Positions 55,410 through 64,000 of a stretch of 64,000 bases of DNA are shown in pieces; position 1 is the first letter of the stretch, and each line of letters begins with the position of its first letter. Position numbers and translations under genes: made by a program. The notes under the pieces were generated by a model, which was given only the letters and a program-made list of their open reading frames with translations, had not been told where the DNA came from and searched no databases. The stretch comes from an uncultured Gemmatimonadaceae bacterium (GTDB taxonomy: Bacteria > Gemmatimonadota > Gemmatimonadetes > Gemmatimonadales > Gemmatimonadaceae): the NCBI GenBank assembly GCA_963751275.1, contig CAVVTZ010000011.1:352001-416000 (forward strand), read 5' to 3'.

Positions 55410-57070
55410 CAGTCCTTGCCTCCCGGCGGACGGTCCGGCGCATTCTGCTTCTGCTTCTTCGCCTGCGCTTCCTGCTCCTCGCGCTGCGCGCTGTTCAGCA
55501 GCGCCTGCGCCTGCCGCGGATCGATCTGCTGGCTCGGCTTCGGCGGACCGCCGCTCGGCCGCTGTCCGCCGCCATTCGACTTGCGCTCGTTGTTCGACAG
55601 TTCATAGTTCCATTTCGCGTCCTGGTCGCCCGGGCGCAGCCGCAGCGCGCGGCGATAGGCGGAGGTCGCGGCCGCGTACGCCTGCGACGCCTCCTCCGGC
55701 CCCTTCGAGGCGCGCGCCGCGTACAGATAGACGAGGCCGAGGTTGTACAGCGCCTGGTAGCGCAGATCGAGGTCCTTCGACTCCGACGCCGCGCGCTCGA
55801 GCGCCGCGGCCGCCTCGTCGCCGAGGCCCACCTGCCCCGACTGGCCGGCCGCGAGCAGCGCGGTGCCGAGATTGTACTCGAGCCGCGGCGACGGCGTGCC
55901 ACTCTGGATGGCGTGCGCGTACGCGTCCGCGGCCTCGTGATAGAGCCCCGCGGCGTAGAGCTGGTCGCCGGTACGCGATTGCGCGGATGCGGCAGACGGC
56001 AGCAATGCGAGCAGGACGAGAGACGCCACGACGGTGGACGAAGCCGCCGCCGTCGGGCGGCGGCGCCCGCGCCGCTCCGCGAGCATCGTGTCGAACAGCG
56101 CGAGCAGCACCGCCGGGATCAGGAAGAGCTGGAAGCGCGCGCGGCGGTCGGTCGCGCGCTGCGCCTCGCGCGCCGTCGCGCGCAGCGCGGTGAGGGCCTG
56201 CTTCACGCGCGCCGCTTTGTCGGTGGCTTGCGCCGGGATGAAGGTGCCCTGATCGCCCGCGAGCGCCTGCAGCGTCGCGGGCGTGTACCGGGTGACCACG
56301 ACCTTGCCCTCGAAATCGCGCTTGGCCGTCGTCGTGCCGCCGGGGACCGGGATCGGGATCGTCGCGCCCGCCTCGCGTCCGAAACCGACGGTGATCACCC
56401 GGATGTCGGCTTTCTCGGCGCGGCGCGCCGCGGCCTGGATCTCGTCATCGCCATCGAACGCTTCGCCGTCGCTCATCACGATGAGCGCCTTGTCGCTCGC
56501 GCCCGGCGTGGCGAGCAGCAGCTCGGTGCCCATGTCGATCGCGCGGCCGATGGAGCTGCCGGCCTGCCCCACCACCGATGGGTCGAGGTTGTCGATGAAC
56601 AATTCGAGCGCACCGTGATCCACCGTGAGCGGCGACAGCACGTAGCTGCGCCCCGCGAAGGCGATGAGCCCGATGCGATCGCCGCCGGAGAGCGCGAGGA
56701 AGCGGCGCGCTTCCTCCTTCATGCGCTCCAGCCGATTGGGGCGCTCGTCCTCGGCCATCATCGAGAGCGATGCATCGAGCACGAGCACCACGTCCACCCC
56801 CGTCGCGCGCTGCACGGTGGTCTCCATGCCCCAGCGCGGACCCGCGTACGCGACGGCGCCGCACGCCGCGGCGAGGCCGAGCAGCACGATGCGCGGCCAC
56901 GGCGCGTTCATCGCGGCGGGCGGCAGCAGGCGCGCGATGACCGAGCCGCTGCCCAGCCGCGCGAGCCGGCTCGCGCGCCGGCGGAACGCGAGCCAGAGGA
57001 GCAACCCAATGCCGAGCGCGAACGCCGGCGCCGCGAAGAGCGCCCACGGATATTCGACGATCGTGCTCAC
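55406..57070 (-). CDS. VWA + TPR protein (BatB/BatC-like fusion)
   Basis: DASLSM MIDAS motif, [41 protein letters not shown]; ends KDW. Confidence 0.85.
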   Translation of the reverse strand: MSTIVEYPWALFAAPAFALGIGLLLWLAFRRRASRLARLGSGSVIARLLPPAAMNAPWPRIVLLGLAAACGAVAYAGPRWGMETTVQRATGVDVVLVLDASLSMMAEDERPNRLERMKEEARRFLALSGGDRIGLIAFAGRSYVLSPLTVDHGALELFIDNLDPSVVGQAGSSIGRAIDMGTELLLATPGASDKALIVMSDGEAFDGDDEIQAAARRAEKADIRVITVGFGREAGATIPIPVPGGTTTAKRDFEGKVVVTRYTPATLQALAGDQGTFIPAQATDKAARVKQALTALRATAREAQRATDRRARFQLFLIPAVLLALFDTMLAERRGRRRPTAAASSTVVASLVLLALLPSAASAQSRTGDQLYAAGLYHEAADAYAHAIQSGTPSPRLEYNLGTALLAAGQSGQVGLGDEAAAALERAASESKDLDLRYQALYNLGLVYLYAARASKGPEEASQAYAAATSAYRRALRLRPGDQDAKWNYELSNNERKSNGGGQRPSGGPPKPSQQIDPRQAQALLNSAQREEQEAQAKKQKQNAPDRPPGGKDW

Positions 57071-58063
57071 GGCAGCGGCCCCCGCCAGAACAGGAGGAGC
57101 ACCTCGAGCGACAACGCGAGCAATGCCGCGCCGAGCGGCCAATGGTACTCCTCGGCGAAATGCACGTACGTGCGCGCGCGCACCGGTTCGCGCTCGAGCA
57201 GGTCGATCTGCTGGTAGATGTGCTCGAGCGCCGCGCCATCCACTCGCGCGGAAGTAGCGCCCGCCCGTGGTGCGCGCCACATCGCGCAGCAGGTCCTCAT
57301 CGATCTCCACCGGCCGGTACTCGTAGCGAATGCCCATGAGCCCCTTGCCCACGGGCACGGGCGCCATCCCCTGCGTACCGGCGCCGATCGTGTAGATCTT
57401 CACGCCCATCGCCGCGGCCGCCTGCGCGGCGGTGCGCGGATCGATCGCGCCGCGGTTGTTCTCGCCGTCGGTGAGCAGGATGAGCACCTTGCTCCGGCCG
57501 GGCGCATCGCGCAGACGGTTCGTGGCCGTCGCGATCGCCGTGCCGATGGCCGTGCCGTCGTCGAGCTGTCCGGACTGGAGATTGTCGACCGCTGTGAGCA
57601 GCACGGGATAGTCCACCGTGAGCGGCACCTGCGTGAGCGCTTCGCTCGCGAAGGCGACGATGCCGATCCGGTCGCTGTGTCGGCCCAGGATGAACTGCTT
57701 CACGCGATCCTTCACGACCTCCAGCCGGTTCTGCGGCTGGAAATCCTCCGACAGCATGGAACTCGAGAGATCGATCGCGAGGACGATGTTGATGCCTTCG
57801 GTGGTGATCGGCTCCGCGCGCGAACCCGTGCGCGGGCGCGCGAGCGCGATGATCAGGCCGGCGAGGAGGAGGTTGCGCAGCACGAAGAGCACACGCGAGA
57901 CGGCGCGCCCCGCGTGCGGCAGCCGGCCGAGCACGTCGGCGCGCGAGAAGACGATCGCGGGCGGCCGGCGCGAGCGGCGCGCGAACCACCACGCCGGCAG
58001 GAGCAGCAGCAGCGCGAGCGCCCAGGGCGACCCGAAGAAGAAATCGGGAAGGAACGGGATCAT
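57067..58063 (-). CDS. VWA domain protein BatA-like (frameshift ~57245)
   Basis: ALARP, DLSSSM, NRLE, PLTVDY, GTAIG, LLTDGENN, IYTIG, TGGRYFRA. Confidence 0.88.
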
Positions 58064-58983
58064 GCGACCTTCTTCGGCGACGCCGCCGCCGGCACGATCA
58101 CATCGCGCGCGAACGCGTCGTCGGAGAGCGTGAGCAGCGTCTTCACCTCGCGCGCGACCTCCTTCGCCCGCACGACGCTCACCGGCCGGCGCGCGAACTG
58201 CACCTGATCGGCCTCCTCGAGCACGGCGGCCACGCGGTTCAGCGGCAGGGCGCGGCCGAGCAGCGCGGCGACGAGTTCGGACGTCGTCTGCGAACGGGAG
58301 ACGACCTGCACCCGGCTGCTGAGATAGCCGCGCAGGATGTGCGCGTGCAGCGCGACGTAGCGGCTCGGCTCGCCGGCTTCGAGCAGGCCGAGCGCCTCCA
58401 CGCGGGCGAGCGCCGCTTCGGCGACGCTCAGCGGCGACGGGGGCGGCGCGGCGGCGCGGCGCCGGCGATGGCGGCGCCACAGGAGCGCGATCACACCGAG
58501 CGCAAGCGCCGCCACGAGCGCCCACGGCCACCACACGAGCGGCGACTTGAGCACGCCGAGCGCCGGCTTGGGCACGCGCAGCGACGTGTCCGCCGGCAGC
58601 ACCGAGAGCACGAAGACGCCCGGATGCGCCTCGACCTTCTGCGCATCGGCGCCGGCCCCGATCTGCACGGGCACCGTGAGCGACTGCGCGCCCGTCTGCC
58701 ATGCCTGCAAGCGGTAGACGGCGACGCGGGTCGGCGCGCCGGTGCTGTCGACGTCGAACTTCACGACGGGCGGATCGACCGCCTCGAGCGGCTGCGCGGT
58801 GTCGGGGCCGGCGGGGAACGCGATGACCGAACGGAGCGGCGCGTGGACCGTGATCGTCACGTTGAACGGCTCGGCGACCGTCACGGTCTCGGGGCTCACG
58901 CTCCACGAGATGGCGGGCGCCGGCGCGGGCGCGGGTACCGGCGCGGCCGCCTGCAGCAGCGCGAACACCACCGCGGCGATCAT
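58060..58983 (-). CDS. Bat-operon membrane protein (hypothetical)
   Basis: Signal peptide, Ig-like region, one transmembrane helix, SQTTSEL and ADQVQFA motifs. Confidence 0.65.
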   Translation of the reverse strand: MIAAVVFALLQAAAPVPAPAPAPAISWSVSPETVTVAEPFNVTITVHAPLRSVIAFPAGPDTAQPLEAVDPPVVKFDVDSTGAPTRVAVYRLQAWQTGAQSLTVPVQIGAGADAQKVEAHPGVFVLSVLPADTSLRVPKPALGVLKSPLVWWPWALVAALALGVIALLWRRHRRRRAAAPPPSPLSVAEAALARVEALGLLEAGEPSRYVALHAHILRGYLSSRVQVVSRSQTTSELVAALLGRALPLNRVAAVLEEADQVQFARRPVSVVRAKEVAREVKTLLTLSDDAFARDVIVPAAASPKKVA

Positions 58984-59981
58984 CGGCGGCGGCGCCTGGT
59001 CTCGCGCAGGCGGAAGAAGCGGAGCAGCGGATCGACGTACCGCTGGTCCGTGCGCACGGCGACTTCGTCGATCGCGAGGCGGCGCAGCAACTGCGTGCGC
59101 GCCTCGACCTCCGCCTGCATCTGGTCGCGATACTTGCGGCGGATGACCGGATTCCCGGTGTCGACATCCACCACCGCGCCCGTCTCCGGATCCGTGAAGC
59201 GCGCGAGCCCGATGTCGGGCAGGTCGCGCTCGCGCGGGTCGGTGATGGTGACCGCCACCACGTCGTGCCGCTGCGCGAGGATCTTGAGCGGCCGCTCGAG
59301 GCCGGTCGCGACGAAATCGGAGATCAGGAAGATGATCGCGCGGTGCGGCAGCATCTTCGCGAGGTAGTCGATCGCGGCGGGGATGTCCGTTCCCTTCCCC
59401 TCCGGCTCGTGCACGAGCACGTCGCGAATGAGACGCAGCACGTGACGGCGCCCCTTCCCCGGCGGCACGACGTGCTCCACGCGGTCGGTGAAGAGCAGCG
59501 CGCCCACGCGATCGTTGTTGCGGATGGCCGACATCGCGAGCACCGCGCCGATCTCCGTCGCCAGCTCGCTCTTGAAGCGCTGCGCCGTGCCGAAGCGCTC
59601 CGAACCCGAATGGTCCACGGCAAGCATCACGGTGAGCTCGCGCTCTTCCACGAAGCGCTTCACGAACGGATGCCCCATGCGGGCCGTCACGTTCCAGTCG
59701 ATCGTGCGCACCTCGTCGCCGTCCGAGTATTCGCGGACCTCGGCGAATTCCATGCCCTGTCCCTTGAACACGGAGTGGTATTCGCCGGTGAAGAGCGCAT
59801 TGACGAGCCCGCGCGTGCGCAGCTCGACCAGGCGCACCTGGCGCAGCACGTCGGCGGGCACCACCACCGTCCGGCGCTGGCGCGCGCCCGCGTGCTCGCG
59901 CACGGCCGCCGCCTGAACGGCCGCCTGATGACCGGTCGCCCGCTTCGCGAGCGGCCGCGGGCCGGTCACCGGCTCCGCCAT
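58980..59981 (-). CDS. DUF58 domain protein
   Basis: [38 protein letters not shown]. Confidence 0.9.
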   Translation of the reverse strand: MAEPVTGPRPLAKRATGHQAAVQAAAVREHAGARQRRTVVVPADVLRQVRLVELRTRGLVNALFTGEYHSVFKGQGMEFAEVREYSDGDEVRTIDWNVTARMGHPFVKRFVEERELTVMLAVDHSGSERFGTAQRFKSELATEIGAVLAMSAIRNNDRVGALLFTDRVEHVVPPGKGRRHVLRLIRDVLVHEPEGKGTDIPAAIDYLAKMLPHRAIIFLISDFVATGLERPLKILAQRHDVVAVTITDPRERDLPDIGLARFTDPETGAVVDVDTGNPVIRRKYRDQMQAEVEARTQLLRRLAIDEVAVRTDQRYVDPLLRFFRLRETRRRRR

Positions 59982-60961
59982 CAGGGGCTCTCGACCGCCG
60001 CGAGGACGCGCGCCACGACGTCGTCGCTCGTCACCTCCTCCGCCTCCGCCTCGTACGTGGTGAGCACGCGGTGGCGGAGCACGTCGGGCGCGATCGACTT
60101 CACGTCGTCGGGCGTGACGAAGTCGCGGCCGCGCAGGAAGGCGAGCGCGCGCGCCGCCTGCGCGAGGACGATCGTGGCGCGCGGACTCGCGCCGTACTCG
60201 ATCGAGCGGCGCGAGGTCGTCGAGCCCCGCCGCCGCCGGCTCGCGCGTGGCGTGCACGATGTCCACGATGTAATCCACGACGCGCGTCGTCGAGATAGAT
60301 CTCGGTGATGCGCCGCGCGCCTCGAGGATCGCCGCCGGCGACGCGACGGCGTCCACCGCGATCGTCGCGCCGCCCGCCATCCGGCGCATGATCTCCTTCT
60401 CCTCGGTGCGCGTCGGATAGCCGACGCGCATCTTCAGCATGAAGCGGTCGACCTGCGCCTCGGGCAGCGGGTACGTGCCCTCCTGCTCGATCGGGTTCTG
60501 CGTCGCGAGCACGAGGAACGGCTCGGTGCAGCGGATAGTGTCGTGCCGCCGAGCGTGACCTGCTTCTCCTGCATCGCCTCGAGCAGCGCGGACTGCACCT
60601 TCGCCGGCGCGCGGTTGATCTCGTCGGCCAGGATGATGTTCGCGAAGATCGGGCCCTTCTTCACGCGGAACTGCGCGGTGGCCGGATCGAAGACCTGCGT
60701 GCCGAGCACGTCGGCCGGCAGCAGGTCGGGCGTGAACTGGATGCGGTGGAAGCTCGTCTGGATCGCTTCCGCGAGCGTCTTCACGGTGAGCGTCTTCGCG
60801 AGGCCCGGCACGCCCTCGAGCAGCACATGGCCGCCGGCGAGCAGGCCGACGAGCAGCCGCTCGACCATGTCGTCCTGGCCGACGACGCGCTTCGCCACCT
60901 GCTCGAGGATCGCCTGCACCAGCGCCGTGTCCACCGTGGGAGTGCTTGCCCGTGTCGCCAC
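59981..60961 (-). CDS. moxR: MoxR family AAA+ ATPase (frameshifted)
   Basis: [64 protein letters not shown]. Confidence 0.93.
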
Positions 60962-61027
60962 GCGATCGCTCCGGAGTGCTCGGGAATACGTGAATGATGC
61001 GGGGCGCCGCGCGCCCCGGGGAGTGGC

Positions 61028-62660
61028 TCAGCGCTTGATGCGGAAGCCGCCGTCCTCGTGTTCGAATATCCATACGGCCATACGGGACGGGACGATGGCG
61101 GTGTCACCGCCGATCCAGTTCCTGGCGGCCGCGGAGCCTGTGCCGGCCGGCTTGGGCTCCGCCGCGATCGTCGCGGCGCGCTTCACCCACTGCGCGAGGT
61201 TCGACGGACGCAGGTCCACCCAGCCGCGCGGCGCGATCTCCGCGCCCTTCGCGCCCGGCGGCACGACCACCACTTCGCCGCGCAGCACCGACAACCCATC
61301 ACTCAGCAGGATCGGAATGCCCACCGACAGGATGACCTTGCGCAGCGCCGGGTCCTGTTCGCGCACCAGCCGCTCGGCGCGCGCCGCCGCGCTCGCGGGA
61401 TCCGCGGCGGCGAGGTCCTTCACGGAGGCAAAGAGCTTCGAGAGGATATGCCCCTCGTACAGCAGCTTCGTGAGGCGCGGCGGGCCGAGCATCTCGAAGC
61501 CGATCGATCGCACGCCGTGCTCGCGCTCGAGCGCGTCCAGCGCCTGCACCGCGACCGAGCGGAGATAGCCGCCGCGGTAGGTCGGGCCGAACGTCGCGCC
61601 ATCGAGCGCCGCGATCACGTCCTTCCCGGTAGGCGCACCGCGAAGCTCCATGATCACGGCGTCGGCGAGTTCCTCCGCCGTGACGATCTCCATCTGGCCG
61701 AGCGACGTCACCGTCTCGAACTCCTCGCGCGCGAAGACGCCGTTCTCGCCCATGGAGATATAGGCGCTCTCCAGCGGCTGCCCGGTGCGCGTCCAGCCGC
61801 GCGCGCCCGGCGTGAACGCATCCTCCACCTTCATCGGCCGCTCGCAGTCCACCATCTCGATCGTGCGCCCGCCGCGCTTCACCGGCCCGTACGTAGATGT
61901 CGCTCCATCCGATCGCCGCCGTCGGCTTGATCTCCACCGTGTTCGGCGCGCCGGGCGTGCGTCCCTGCAGGAAGAGGATCATGCTCTGCGCGCCGGCCAC
62001 CGCGGTCTTGGCCAGCAGCGTGCGCGACGGCTTCTCCTCGCTGTGCGTGTACGGGATGTTCAGTCCCATCCCGCCGGTGCCGCTCGTTCCGATCTTCACG
62101 TACGCCTGCGTGCCGGCCCGCCGCATCCCATCCGAGAGCGCTTCCTGGTGGCGCACGAGCTGCGGCACGGAGAGCGTGAGCAAATGCCGCTCCACGGTCT
62201 CGCGGTCGACATGGCCCGCGTCCGCCGCCGAGAGCAGCCGCTGCGCGCTCGCGAACCCGTCCTGGTACGCGACCGCGGTCGCGGTGTTCACGCAGTCCAC
62301 CACCACGCCGGGGCGGTGCGTCGTGAGCCAGTTGTGGAGCACGTTGCGCTCGAGCGAGACGGCGGTGGGCGGGCCGAGCATGTCATCCACGAGTTCGCGC
62401 CGCGCGGTCGCGTCGGCGAGCACGTCGTCGCGCGGGCGTTCCGCGAGCGTCACCGTGTGGAAAATGTTGCCCCAGATCGGCGTGAGCGTTGTCTTCCCCG
62501 CGTGCGGCTCGAGCGCTCGCACCGCCGCCTCCGCCTCGTGCCGCCAGAGTCCGGCGATGATGATCTGTTTCGGAGCGAAATCCAGCAGGCGGCGCGCCAC
62601 GGCGAGCCCCACCAGTCCGCTGCCACCGAGGATCAGCGCCGTCGAATCACGCAGTTCCAT
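61028..62660 (-). CDS. Conserved hypothetical Rossmann-fold (SDR-like) protein (frameshift ~61890)
   Basis: N-terminal [54 protein letters not shown]. Confidence 0.7.
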
Positions 62661-63387
62661 GCTTCTCCCGTTTCGGCTCGCGCGCGAGCGCAGAGATGAT
62701 GTCCAGTTCCTTGGACGTGAGCGCCCGGCACTCGCCCGGCTCCAGATCCCCCAGCGTCACCGGCCCGAAGCGCACGCGCACGAGGCGCTCGACGAACAAG
62801 CCGAGCGCCTTGCACAGCCGGCGCACCTCGCGATTCCGCCCCTCGGTGATGGACACGGTGAACTCCCAGCGCCCGCCGCCGAGCGCGTCGGCCCGCACAT
62901 CGTTCACCTTCACCAGGCCGTCATCGAGCATCACGCCGCGCTTCGCCTGCACCACGGCCTTCCCCGCGTCGCCCGTGACCGTGGCGACGTACGTGCGCTC
63001 CACTTCGCGGCTCGGGTGCAGCAGCGCGTGGATCGCCGTGCCGTCGTTCGTGAGCAGCAGCACGCCTTCGGTGAGATAGTCGAGGCGCCCCGCATAGGTG
63101 AGGCCGGGGATCTTCGGCACGAACTCGAAGATCGTGCGCCGCCCCGACGGATCGCTCCGAGTGGTCATGACGCCCGACGGCTTGTTGAGGACGATCCACT
63201 GCGTATGCGCCGGCTGTTTCACGGTGGTGCCGTCCACCATGATGGTGTCGGCGGCCGGGTCCACGATCTGGCCGAGCAACGCCGTCGCGCCATTCACGCG
63301 CACGCGCCCCGCGGCGACGAGCTCCTCCGCCTTCCGCCGCGACGCGACACCGGCGCGCGCGAGCGCACGCTGGATGCGCATCGTCAC
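62647..63387 (-). CDS. rluB: 23S rRNA pseudouridine synthase, RluB/RsuA family
   Basis: S4 domain MRIQRALARAGVASRRKAE, LNKP, GRLDY, EGRNREVRR; follows scpB. Confidence 0.9.
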   Translation of the reverse strand: MTMRIQRALARAGVASRRKAEELVAAGRVRVNGATALLGQIVDPAADTIMVDGTTVKQPAHTQWIVLNKPSGVMTTRSDPSGRRTIFEFVPKIPGLTYAGRLDYLTEGVLLLTNDGTAIHALLHPSREVERTYVATVTGDAGKAVVQAKRGVMLDDGLVKVNDVRADALGGGRWEFTVSITEGRNREVRRLCKALGLFVERLVRVRFGPVTLGDLEPGECRALTSKELDIISALAREPKREKHGTA

Positions 63388-63935
63388 GGCGACAGCACCT
63401 CGCGCGGCTCCAGGCGCAGCGCGATGGCGAGCTCGTCCGCGCGCGGCAGCTCGCCCAGGTGGCGGAGCGCGAATTGCTCCAGGAAGAGCGGCGTCGTGCC
63501 GTACAGCAGCGGGCGGCCGAGTCCCTCGCCGCGCGCGACGACATCGATCAGCCCGCGCTCGAGGAGCGTCTTGAGCATCCCGCCCACCGACACGCCGCGG
63601 ATCTCCTCGATCTCCAGGCGGCCGAGCGGCTGGCGGTACGCGATGAGCGCGAGCGTCTCGAGCGCCGCCGCGGAGAGACGGTGCGGCCGCGCCGCGAGCT
63701 GCGCGCGCTCGATCGTCTCGGTGTACTCGGCGCGCGTCAGCACCTGCCATCCGCCGGCGAGCTCGACCAGCTCCACGCCGTGGCCGCCGGTCTCATAGCA
63801 CTCGCGGATCTCGTCGAGCGCCATCGCAATGGCGGCCGGCGACGCCTCGGGATCCAGCAGCGCGAGCTCGTCGGCCGGCACGGGCCGGCCGCTCGCGAAC
63901 AACGCGGCTTCAAGCAGCCTGGCCAGAGGCGACAC
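63384..63935 (-). CDS. scpB: SMC-Scp complex subunit ScpB
   Basis: EAALF, LSAAALETLALIAYRQP, IEEIRGV, GRPLLYGTT. Confidence 0.95.
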   Translation of the reverse strand: MSPLARLLEAALFASGRPVPADELALLDPEASPAAIAMALDEIRECYETGGHGVELVELAGGWQVLTRAEYTETIERAQLAARPHRLSAAALETLALIAYRQPLGRLEIEEIRGVSVGGMLKTLLERGLIDVVARGEGLGRPLLYGTTPLFLEQFALRHLGELPRADELAIALRLEPREVLSP

Positions 63936-64000
63936 GCGCGATCTCCACGGAGGCGAAAGGTTGGCGCTGACGGAGAGTGAGATCCCCGCGGCGCGCGAGT

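Overview
High-GC chromosomal window that is almost entirely core housekeeping DNA, mostly on the minus strand. The gene order resembles Gemmatimonadota, which is my inference. Reading down the minus strand from the high-coordinate end: scpB-rluB, an unknown Rossmann-fold protein, a MoxR/DUF58/Bat (VWA-TPR) cluster, mutL-miaA-bshA, a DGGGP-synthase-like UbiA, uppP-birA-coaX and a second UbiA. Next come groES-groEL with a CIRCE operator and a lytic-transglycosylase-like gene. A heme cluster follows (hemH; hemA-C-D-B-L-[sensor kinase-OmpR-type regulator]-hemE-N-Y). A plus-strand roadblock/receiver/sugar-nucleotidyltransferase operon precedes lipoprotein-serS-kinase-pcrA-gatCAB, then a plus-strand PII-like/DUF948/Zn-PLC trio. 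The window ends with murA-pgeF, rimP-nusA-L7Ae-infB-rbfA-truB-ribF and secD-secF-tatD-fhs-ridA-selD. Many essential genes are frameshifted, most likely from uncorrected long-read indels. No rRNA, tRNA, CRISPR array, transposase or prophage was recognised. The most interesting signals are three. (1) A two-component system sits inside the heme operon, and a shared 22-bp TGTCAC-N5-TGTCAT direct-repeat box lies upstream of both hemH and hemA. (2) Two homologous ~150-bp palindromic elements each lie just upstream of a TTGAC -35 box. (3) An archaeal-type DGGGP-synthase-like prenyltransferase lies in a core operon.
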